Assembly: GCA_050115495.1 (NCBI GenBank)
Contig: JASFQK010000003.1
Span: 32,001 to 96,000, forward strand
Reading direction: 5' to 3'
Source: Phycisphaerae bacterium
Lineage (GTDB): Bacteria; Planctomycetota; Phycisphaerae; UBA1845; Fen-1342
Length of the DNA stretch: 64,000 nucleotides
Shown: piece after piece, positions 36,563 through 44,605 of the stretch
Numbering within the stretch: position 1 is the stretch's first letter
Layout: each line of letters begins with the position of its first letter
The notes under the pieces: generated by a model
What the model saw: the letters and a program-made list of their open reading frames with translations, nothing else
Database searches by the model: none
What the model was told of the DNA's origin: nothing
Translations under genes and position numbers: made by a program

Positions 36563-37561
36563 CTAGCGCCTTCGCAGGGTAGCCAAGCCCGCCAACGCCA
36601 GCGTCACGATCGAAGCGGGCTCAGGGACCCTGCAAACACGCAAGCCGAAGTTGCGGCCTTCGGCCGTCGGGTTGACGCAGCCGGTGTCGTACGCCGCTCG
36701 CAGGTAGACTTCGCCGAAACAGAACGCTCCGCCCCGACTGCCGCGAGTCGATCCGTAGAAGATCGCCTCGGTCCACTCCGCGACGTTGCCGCCCTGGTCG
36801 AACGTTCCGTACGGGCTCGCCGAGTTCTCGTGAGCCCCCACCTCCGTTCGGTAGTACGGACTGCCGATCGTGTAGTCGCCGTCGTCGTACGTGGCATTGT
36901 TGCCTGGGTCAGGATCGACCAGGTCGTTGCTCGGCACGCTGTCGCTGCCGGTTGGATAATCGAAGTAGTTCCCGGTCACGCCGTCGTTCTTGTGATACGC
37001 CGCCTTGTACCACTCATCCTCCCGCGGGATTACCCACGTCGCGTCCGACTTGCGCGTGACCGCGAGCAGGGCGTCGTCACTCATGGCTTCGTTGAGGAAG
37101 TACGATCCATCTTCTGTCGTGCCCAATCCCTGCGAGCCCGTTGGCTGGTCGTTGTGCAGCCAGTTGACGAACCGCGCCGCGTCGCCCCATGAAATGTAGT
37201 TTACCGGGCGGTCGGCCCAATCCTCTGCCACGCGGTACTGGAACGGAGCGCCCGGCGTGCCGTTGCCGGCATAGCGCTCGATCTTGCAGCCGTAGTCGCT
37301 CGACCACATTCTCGGGTTGAACAGTCCGTACGTGTCGACGCCTGCCACGGCATTCAGGAACGCCGTGTACTGCCCGGCCGTCACCTCGCACTTGCCGATG
37401 TCGTACGCGTAATTGACGCGGCCGTGCCCGTCACCGTGGGTGTCCTCCGGATTCCCCGGGTTGCCGACGGTGACCATGTCGATCACCAGTTCAGCCGACG
37501 CACTGACGCCGCAGGCACAAATCACCACCACGGCCAGCGAGCAGCCAATCGTCTTCAACAT
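36563..37561 (-). CDS. FGE-sulfatase (SUMF1)-domain PEP-CTERM protein
   Basis: VTVGNPGN, EVTAGQY, PVNYISWGDAARFVNW, EDEWYKAAY, SPYGTFDQGGNVAEW; VPEPAS...RRR. Confidence 0.92.
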   Translation of the reverse strand: MLKTIGCSLAVVVICACGVSASAELVIDMVTVGNPGNPEDTHGDGHGRVNYAYDIGKCEVTAGQYTAFLNAVAGVDTYGLFNPRMWSSDYGCKIERYAGNGTPGAPFQYRVAEDWADRPVNYISWGDAARFVNWLHNDQPTGSQGLGTTEDGSYFLNEAMSDDALLAVTRKSDATWVIPREDEWYKAAYHKNDGVTGNYFDYPTGSDSVPSNDLVDPDPGNNATYDDGDYTIGSPYYRTEVGAHENSASPYGTFDQGGNVAEWTEAIFYGSTRGSRGGAFCFGEVYLRAAYDTGCVNPTAEGRNFGLRVCRVPEPASIVTLALAGLATLRRR

Positions 37562-37779
37562 ATCGGCGTCTCCTTCCATTCCGAGTTGATTATTGGCACC
37601 CCTGACAACCACCTCCGCGCAGCCCCACCCGTGGGAGGCTACGAAGCCATTAATCCATACGGCTCCTTACCTGGCGGAGTCAACGATTGATTTCGAAAAT
37701 TGGCGCGAAGATCGGGCGAGCCCTCGTGCACGCCGCAACAGCAGGGGAGCATCGTCTCCCCCTTCTCCGGACACGCCCC

Positions 37780-39105
37780 TCACCGTCCGAGTCCCCGCCG
37801 CCACCGTCGCCACCACGGCGTGCCCGCGGTCGCGTTCATCTCCTGCTGGAGCCGGCGGACGAAGTTCTCGATGATCGCCGGGCGGCACGCGGGCATGTCG
37901 ATCCCCGGCCGTTCCTGGTGATACTGCTCCTCGCCGCCGACGTGCACCCAGCCGTTGTCCCGGCACGTCTCCACCGCATCCGTTCCCGGGAATGGGTAAT
38001 ACGGACGAATGTCGGCGACGTCCGGCCGCAGCCGCCTCAGCAGCGACCGCGCCTCCGCCAGCGACGCCTCGCTCTCGTACGGGCTGCCGAGGTAGAGGAT
38101 GATCCGCGTGTGCACGCCCGCCGCCTTCAGCCACCGCACGCCGGTCTCGATCTGCTCGGCGCTGAGGTCCATTTCGAAGATCTCGTTGCGGATGAAGTCG
38201 CTCGCACTGATGACTTCGAGGTCGGCGTGCGTGCCGCGCGCCGTCGCCAGCCGCCCGACCAGCTCCTCGCTCAACGAGTTCAGCCGCAGGTGACAGCGAA
38301 ACGGCAGGGGGCAGCGCTGCGTGTACACGTCCAGGAACCGCACCAGCCACTCGCGATCGAGCGCGAACGCGTGGTCGAGGAAACGCACCCGGCTCGCCTG
38401 CGGATGCCGCTCGCGCAGTAGGCTGATCTCCGCCAGCACGTTCTCCGGCTTCCGCCGCCGGACCCACGTACCGCGGTCCTCGTAGATCTCGCGCAGCCAG
38501 TCGTTGGCGCAGTACGCACACCGCTGCGGGCAGCCGCGCCCGACGGCGACCTCGATCTCGCCCGTCCGCCGAACGCGTTCGCTGTCGCCGAGCAAGTCGC
38601 GTTCGGCGAAGGGCAGTGAGCCGAGGTCCTCGACGAGGTGCGGCAGATCGGGGCGAGCCAGCCCGCGCTCGTCGCGCAGCCACACGCCGGAGACGACCTG
38701 TCCCGCGGCCGGATCGCGTACGCGTTCGAGGTACGTCACGAGCGACGCATCGGGCTCGCCGATGGCCGCCGCCTCGACCCCCGGCAGGCTCAGCGTGCCG
38801 GCGGGATCAACGGTCGGATACGCCCCACCCGCGACGATCGGCAGGAACTCGTGTTGCTGGAGATACTCGAACGTCCGGCGGGCCGCATCGACGCAGACGG
38901 CGGCGATGTCGGCGTAGACCAACTGCGGCAGCGCCTGCGCCAGCGCGGCTTTCGTGGCTTCGAGGTCGAAGCGCGGCAACCCCAGCAGCGCCAGGTCATG
39001 ACCGCGTTTGCGCAGCAGGGCCAGCAGCGTGCCCAACTGCGGCTCAAAGCGCGGCACCGGCCGCCGACGCGTCTGCGGAGCAAACTGGATCACGAGTATG
39101 CGCAT
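37780..39105 (-). CDS. B12-binding-domain radical SAM protein
   Basis: GGAYPTVDP, IGEPD, RGCPQRCAYC, FLDHAF, PFPGT. Confidence 0.85.
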   Translation of the reverse strand: MRILVIQFAPQTRRRPVPRFEPQLGTLLALLRKRGHDLALLGLPRFDLEATKAALAQALPQLVYADIAAVCVDAARRTFEYLQQHEFLPIVAGGAYPTVDPAGTLSLPGVEAAAIGEPDASLVTYLERVRDPAAGQVVSGVWLRDERGLARPDLPHLVEDLGSLPFAERDLLGDSERVRRTGEIEVAVGRGCPQRCAYCANDWLREIYEDRGTWVRRRKPENVLAEISLLRERHPQASRVRFLDHAFALDREWLVRFLDVYTQRCPLPFRCHLRLNSLSEELVGRLATARGTHADLEVISASDFIRNEIFEMDLSAEQIETGVRWLKAAGVHTRIILYLGSPYESEASLAEARSLLRRLRPDVADIRPYYPFPGTDAVETCRDNGWVHVGGEEQYHQERPGIDMPACRPAIIENFVRRLQQEMNATAGTPWWRRWRRGLGR

Positions 39106-39162
39106 GTTTCTCTGCCGCCCGCTGCGCGCGGCTGGCGGGCCCGAACGTGGTCGACGACCTTG

Positions 39163-39393
39163 TTACACCGGCGTCCTGAAGCCGAGGGCACGCAACGCGC
39201 ACCACCCGGTCGAGGCGGAGAATACCTGAAGACCCCCGAGGATGGCGAGGGCCACGATCAGCGTCCAGCGCAACGGGCCGTGAGGCCCCGCCCCGCTCGC
39301 CACCACGGCGACGAGCGCCCCCAGGCAAATGACCGCCCCGATCACGCGCCCCACTCGATCGCGCGTTGCGAGATTGGGCCTCAGTCGGCTCAT
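39163..39393 (-). CDS. DUF2892 (YgaP-like) small membrane protein
   Basis: NLATRDRVGRV, two TMs, GWCALRALGFRT. Confidence 0.75.
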   Translation of the reverse strand: MSRLRPNLATRDRVGRVIGAVICLGALVAVVASGAGPHGPLRWTLIVALAILGGLQVFSASTGWCALRALGFRTPV

Positions 39394-39599
39394 GGCGACG
39401 TGTCTTCGAGAATCGGATCCCAGAACGCCGCGGTCATCGACGGCGGGAACTGGCCGCGTCCCGCCTGAATCACCGGGATCCGCACCGCCAGCTCCGGATG
39501 CCGCAGGTATTCCGTCAGATATGCCGACGTCTCGGCGATGAGCCGAGCGCGCATTTCCTCATAGGTCTCGTGCTGGTTGCGGTCGAACCGGCGGAACAT
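39390..39599 (-). CDS. Small hypothetical protein
   Basis: Tight spacing after the upstream gene and ATGA overlap with the next gene. Confidence 0.65.
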   Translation of the reverse strand: MFRRFDRNQHETYEEMRARLIAETSAYLTEYLRHPELAVRIPVIQAGRGQFPPSMTAAFWDPILEDTSP

Positions 39600-39611
39600 C
39601 CTCAGCTCCGG

Positions 39612-40607
39612 TCAACCCCGCGCTGGAGTGGAGCCGGCCTTGATCGTCCGCAGGGCCCACAAGCTGGCGACGACGCCCACGCTCACCATCTGGAGCGGCA
39701 GCGGACGAACGAGCGCCCACGCGGGGATCGAGTTAAGCTGATTATACTCCGCGGGGATGCCCAGTGCGGGCTTCATCGCCGCCAGTATCACCCCCAGCAA
39801 ACCGGCCAGCAGCGGCGCCGGCCAGAACCAGATCGAATCACGTGCCGGACTGACCCGCGTGCCGGCGAACACACCCACGGCCGACGCAATCGCCACCGCG
39901 AAATACACCTGCCCAGCGAGTGTCTCGCCCGCCGGCGGCCCCGTCAGCAGCAGCATCAGCACCACGAAGACGACCGCCGTCACCACGAGCGACAGCAGAC
40001 CCTGCCCGCGCTTGGTCGCGGAAGCATTCAGGGCAAACGCCCGGCGGACACGCTGCCCCGGGCTATCGGACGTGCCGCCAACCGCCGGTCCCGCCACGAA
40101 GCTGATGCCCGCCGCCACCGCCAACAGCACCACCAGCCAGATGTACTCGAACAGCAGCGGCCAGTAGGGGGCGCTCGTCGGTGGCCCAACCGCTCCGTCC
40201 GGTGACGCCAGCAGCAGCCACTCGTCCATTGTCCCACGCGGATACGCCCACACCGCCAGGGCGATCGCCACGTACATCAATCCCTGCTCACCGTACCGGC
40301 TGCCCGCGATCAGCGGCGCCACGTACGAGCCCGCCCAGACCACCAGCGCCAGTGCCACCGCGGCGAGGATCGGCTGCTCGGTGGCACCCAGGGTTACCGG
40401 TCGGTCCAGACCCACCGGCAGCAGCAGGGGGGCCAGCACGAAGTGCAGCACCGCCCACACCAGCGCCAGGGCCACGAGCGAGCGCACCCGCCGCAGCCAC
40501 GGCATCGACGCGGTCGGTTCTCGAACAGCATCGGTGGACACGAATGGGCGACCTGCTCTGGCCGCCGCGGCCACGCGCTTCTCCGCGTCCCCGCAACGGC
40601 GGACCAT
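39612..40607 (-). CDS. Multi-pass membrane protein
   Basis: About 8 hydrophobic segments; start uncertain. Confidence 0.7.
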   Translation of the reverse strand: MVRRCGDAEKRVAAAARAGRPFVSTDAVREPTASMPWLRRVRSLVALALVWAVLHFVLAPLLLPVGLDRPVTLGATEQPILAAVALALVVWAGSYVAPLIAGSRYGEQGLMYVAIALAVWAYPRGTMDEWLLLASPDGAVGPPTSAPYWPLLFEYIWLVVLLAVAAGISFVAGPAVGGTSDSPGQRVRRAFALNASATKRGQGLLSLVVTAVVFVVLMLLLTGPPAGETLAGQVYFAVAIASAVGVFAGTRVSPARDSIWFWPAPLLAGLLGVILAAMKPALGIPAEYNQLNSIPAWALVRPLPLQMVSVGVVASLWALRTIKAGSTPARG

Positions 40608-40757
40608 CTGTTTCTGCCCGCCGCGCCGCGGCAGCCGCGAGCGCGCTAACGGGCTTCTGCGGCCCGTAGGCTAGCACGGCACACGCGGCCCGGTCAACCG
40701 CGGGACGCCCGCGCCGAAGGCTCGCAAAACGGCCAGCTTGCGCCGCGAAAGGGCGGT

Positions 40758-40785
40758 TTGACACCCCAAGGCCCTGCGCTATAAT
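40758..40785 (+). promoter_or_regulatory. Consensus sigma70 promoter
   Basis: TTGACA-N16-TATAAT. Confidence 0.8.
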
Positions 40786-40854
40786 TCGCGCTGATTCTGG
40801 ACAAACCGACGACAGCGCGACGTGTCGGTACAGTCGCGCCGCGTGGAGGTTACT

Positions 40855-43314
40855 ATGGTCAGAACGTGCGGGTTTGTTCGGCGGGCCAGTCTGGTCGCCG
40901 CCCTCGCCTGGAGTGTCGCCGTGGCCGCTACGGCCAGTGCGCTGGTGCCCACGGACGACTTCATCACCGGCCGAGCCACCGCCGCCTGGGCGAAGTGGCA
41001 GCCCGCGATGCAGGCCATCCTGGATCGCCAGGCCGACCAGGCCGAAGAGCTCTTCGGCGAGTTACTCGCGGAAGAGCCGGCGGCGTTTCGCATCGCCCTC
41101 CTGGCCGAACGCACCATCAACCGCACGGCCCTCGGCGGTGCGGTCCTCCTGCTGGAACAGGATGCGGAGAATCAGGCCCTCGGGCCCAACGGGCAGCGCA
41201 TTGCCGAACTGCTCGAACAGGGTCGCGAGCAGATGAACGAAGCCGACGACGGTTGGTACTTCTGTGCCATCGGCCGGTTCGACGTCGCCCAGGCCAACTT
41301 CCAGGCCCTGCTCGGCTCGGACCCGGACCCTGTCGCCTTGCTTGAGTTCACCGATCGCGTCCCGCAACGCCGCGAGATGCTCCTCCGCCTCACCGACAAC
41401 ATCGTCGTCGGCGAGTCGGTCCGGGCCGTCCTCAAGCTGCTCGACGTCGGCGAAGAGCAGATCAAGGCCGATCCGACCCGCATCAAAGAGAACATCGTGC
41501 GACTCGGCGGCAGCCCGCGAGCCAATGAGAACGGCGTCGCCTGGCTGAAGCAGTCCGGCGAGTACGCCATTCCGTTCATGGTCGAGTTCCTGCGCGACCC
41601 GGCCCAGCAGCCGCTGACCCGCCCGATCCTGGCCTGTCTGCCGCAGATCGATCGCCCGGCGCTCAACCCGCTGCTGATCGCCCTCCGCATGGACAACGTG
41701 GTTGTTAAGAACTACCTGATCGACGCCGCCGGCAAGATCGGCTACCCGCAGGCGCTGCCATATCTGTTGCAGCAGCGCGACGAGCCGAACGCCGCCGTCG
41801 AGACCCGCGAAGCGGTCGAGACGGCCCTGGGCGGCCTGCAGAGCCGCTCCCGCGAGGTCAACACCAGCCTCAGTGCTGCCGACGCGTTCTACCAACTCGC
41901 CGAGGCCTACTACGCGGACCTGGCTTCGCTCGCCGCCGACCCGCGGCTGGACACGGCCAACGTCTGGTACTGGACCAACGAGCTGCTCCAGAACACCGAA
42001 GTGCCCGTCGGCATCTTCAACGAGATCATGTGCATGCGGTGCTGCGAGGAGGCCCTCCGCCTCGAGCCGAGCATGAAGAAGGCCCAGGCGCTCTGGGTCG
42101 CCGCCAACTTCCGCCGCGAGGTCCAGCTCGGTGAGGACCAGGTTGATCCGACCCGCCCCGAGAACTACCCCTCGGCCGGCTACTTCGCCCAGACCGGCGG
42201 CCCCGACGTTTGCCTCATGGCTCTCGCCCGGGCCCTCGACGACGGCGATCCCGCGGTCGCCCTCGGCACCATCGAAGCCCTCGCCAAGACCGCCGGCCCG
42301 GCCAGCATCACCGGCGACGCCAGCGGCCGCCTGCCTCTGGCTGAGGCTCTTTCGTTCCCCGATCGCATGGTGCGCATCCGTGCCGCCCTTACCCTCGGTA
42401 ACGCCCGGCCGGTGAGCCCCTTCCTGAACCAGCAGAACCTCATGCCGGTTCTCTCCGAGGCGCTCATGCTCTACGGCGGGGCCCGCAACGCCCTCGTCGT
42501 CGACCCCGACACGGCCAACGCCAACGCAGTCGCCGGTATTCTCTCCGGCGACGGGTACGAGGTGGCCATCGACGGTGAGTTCCTCCGCGGCTTGCAGAAG
42601 GTCCGCGAGATGTTCCCCTCGTTGGACGTCATCTTCCTCGCTGCTGATATTTCCGACGTGACCCTGCCCGAGGCCCTGGCCCAGTTGCGGGCCGAGTTCC
42701 GCTTCGGCGCCACGCCGGTCATCATCATCAACAAGCCCGGCCAGCGCGGCCTCGTTCGCGATCTCGTCCGCGCTGACCATCGCCTTGGCGACATCGTCCC
42801 CGGCGACGCGGCCGACCGCATCCGTGCGGCCGTCGAGACCGTCTCGCGGGCCGTCGGCGTTCACGCCATCACACCGGAGGCCGGCACGGCCCTGGCCATG
42901 GAGGCCGCCGAAACCCTCGACATGCTGGCGGTGACCCACAATCCGCTGTTCGCCGTCGCCGACGCGAAGCTCGCCCTGATCGCGGCCATGGGAACCACGG
43001 ATCCGGCCCTGCGGATCAAGGTCGCCCACGTGCTCGGCTATCTGCCGGACACGGCCGCTCAGGAGGCCATCGCCATCATCGCTCTGGATGAGAACCAGCC
43101 GGAGGACATGCGGGTGGCCATGTTCACGGCCTTGGCCCAGGCCGCCAAGGCCTGCGGAAACCAGCTCGAGTCCGCCACGGTGGACCGTCTGGTGAGCATC
43201 GCCGAGAAGGATGCTAACCTCGTGATCCGCACGGCCGCGTCCGAGACGCTGGGAGCCCTGAACCTGGCGGCAGACAAGGGCAGCGAGATCATCCGCAATC
43301 AGTACGGCGGCTAG
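40855..43314 (+). CDS. Exported HEAT-repeat protein with degenerate receiver-like domain
   Basis: GGAGG RBS; signal peptide ending ASA; HEAT motifs (DRMVRIRAALTLG, DPALRIKVAHVLG); ALVVDPD...SLDVIFLAADIS...TPVIII. Confidence 0.8.
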   Translation: MVRTCGFVRRASLVAALAWSVAVAATASALVPTDDFITGRATAAWAKWQPAMQAILDRQADQAEELFGELLAEEPAAFRIALLAERTINRTALGGAVLLLEQDAENQALGPNGQRIAELLEQGREQMNEADDGWYFCAIGRFDVAQANFQALLGSDPDPVALLEFTDRVPQRREMLLRLTDNIVVGESVRAVLKLLDVGEEQIKADPTRIKENIVRLGGSPRANENGVAWLKQSGEYAIPFMVEFLRDPAQQPLTRPILACLPQIDRPALNPLLIALRMDNVVVKNYLIDAAGKIGYPQALPYLLQQRDEPNAAVETREAVETALGGLQSRSREVNTSLSAADAFYQLAEAYYADLASLAADPRLDTANVWYWTNELLQNTEVPVGIFNEIMCMRCCEEALRLEPSMKKAQALWVAANFRREVQLGEDQVDPTRPENYPSAGYFAQTGGPDVCLMALARALDDGDPAVALGTIEALAKTAGPASITGDASGRLPLAEALSFPDRMVRIRAALTLGNARPVSPFLNQQNLMPVLSEALMLYGGARNALVVDPDTANANAVAGILSGDGYEVAIDGEFLRGLQKVREMFPSLDVIFLAADISDVTLPEALAQLRAEFRFGATPVIIINKPGQRGLVRDLVRADHRLGDIVPGDAADRIRAAVETVSRAVGVHAITPEAGTALAMEAAETLDMLAVTHNPLFAVADAKLALIAAMGTTDPALRIKVAHVLGYLPDTAAQEAIAIIALDENQPEDMRVAMFTALAQAAKACGNQLESATVDRLVSIAEKDANLVIRTAASETLGALNLAADKGSEIIRNQYGG

Positions 43315-43323
43315 GAGACCGCG

Positions 43324-44001
43324 ATGCCACAGGCTGCTTTCCTCGCGTTGATGTTCTTGGCGCCGCAGGCTGCCTCCACGGTTGGGGCGGGTCCCGAGCC
43401 GGCCCCCACGCCGATCTCCTGGGAGCTTGATATCAAGTTCCTCGATCCCGAGCGGATCGAGGTCCAGCTCCCCGGGCAGGCCGAGCCGGAGGTCTATTGG
43501 TACATGGTGTACACCGTGACCAACCCCGGCAGCCGTAGCCAGTTCTTCTTCCCGACCTTCCAGTTGGTGACGGACGATCTCCGCGTGATCGACACCGACA
43601 CCGGCATCAGCAAGCTCGTTTTCGACGCCATCGCCGAGCGCCACCGCATCACGCACAAGTATCTCATGCGGCCGACGAGAGTTATCGGCGAGTTGCTCAT
43701 GGGCGACGACAACGCTCGGGAATCGGTCGCCATCTGGCGGGCGAATGACCTAAATGTAAACAGCTTCACGATTTATGTCGCGGGGCTGAGCGGCGAAACG
43801 CAGTTCATCCACAATCCGGCGTACGACCCGAGCCAGCCGGAGCGGGTCGAGGTCGGCGCGGACGGGAAGGAGCGGGTGGTGAATCCCCGCCACTTCACCC
43901 TTCGCAAGACGCTGGAGATTAGTTACAATCTCCCGGGATCGCCGGGGGCGCGAACGGTGGCAGCGCCGGAGCGCCAGGCGGTTCGTTGGGTAATGCGTTA
44001 G
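43324..44001 (+). CDS. Conserved-looking exported hypothetical protein
   Basis: AGGAG RBS; SWELDIKF, YWYMVYTVTN, VAIW, IYVAGLSGE, LRKTL. Confidence 0.8.
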   Translation: MPQAAFLALMFLAPQAASTVGAGPEPAPTPISWELDIKFLDPERIEVQLPGQAEPEVYWYMVYTVTNPGSRSQFFFPTFQLVTDDLRVIDTDTGISKLVFDAIAERHRITHKYLMRPTRVIGELLMGDDNARESVAIWRANDLNVNSFTIYVAGLSGETQFIHNPAYDPSQPERVEVGADGKERVVNPRHFTLRKTLEISYNLPGSPGARTVAAPERQAVRWVMR

Positions 44002-44110
44002 CCGGGCGGGAGTTGTGGTCCGCGTGGCCGGTTGCGGTGTGGGACCGGCCGGCGGTTAGCTTGTCGGCATCCGGTGCTGCCGGAGCGATTAGAAACGGAA
44101 GTGGCAGAGT

Positions 44111-44362
44111 ATGGCTCATAAGAAAGGACAAGGGTCAACACGCAACGGGCGGGACAGCAATCCGCAGTATCGCGGTATCAAGCTGTACGGCGGGCAGGCG
44201 GCCCAGACGGGCTCCATCATCGTCCGCCAGTGCGGAACACCCTTCAAACCCGGACTAAACGTGGGTCGTGGGCGGGATGATACTTTGTTCGCTCTGGCGA
44301 ACGGCGTCGTCCAGTTCAAAGGGCGGTTCGTGTCCGTCGTGCCGGCGGAAGCGACGAACTAA
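44111..44362 (+). CDS. rpmA: 50S ribosomal protein L27
   Basis: [24 protein letters not shown]...GSIIVRQ...GRDDTLFAL. Confidence 0.98.
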   Translation: MAHKKGQGSTRNGRDSNPQYRGIKLYGGQAAQTGSIIVRQCGTPFKPGLNVGRGRDDTLFALANGVVQFKGRFVSVVPAEATN

Positions 44363-44459
44363 CCGGTACGCCGCACGAACGTTGAAGGCGTGCCGCCGCC
44401 GACCTCCGGCGGCAGCGCGCCTTCTCCTTTGCGCTCACGTGCAACCACCGACTCTCGAT

Positions 44460-44593
44460 TGCCACGCGTGGCTTGCCCACCCGTGCTCCCCCCTCAATCC
44501 GAGCCCCGAGCGGTAGCGAGCGGGTCATCTCCGCCGCGGTGCTCGGGTGCTGCTGGTGGCCCTCGGGTGCCACTGGTGGCTTGCCCACCAGTG
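44460..44593. repeat. Two TGCCAC-type REP-like palindromes
   Basis: TGCCACGCGTGGCTTGCCCACCCGTG at 44460-44485; TGCCACTGGTGGCTTGCCCACCAGTG at 44568-44593. Confidence 0.7.
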
Positions 44594-44605
44594 CCGCCGC
44601 GATTC

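Noticed and set aside
37780..39599. RiPP cluster (small ORFs plus B12 radical SAM)
   Set aside because: The small ORFs look like DUF2892 and an ordinary small protein. No leader/core pattern, RRE, peptidase or exporter is present.
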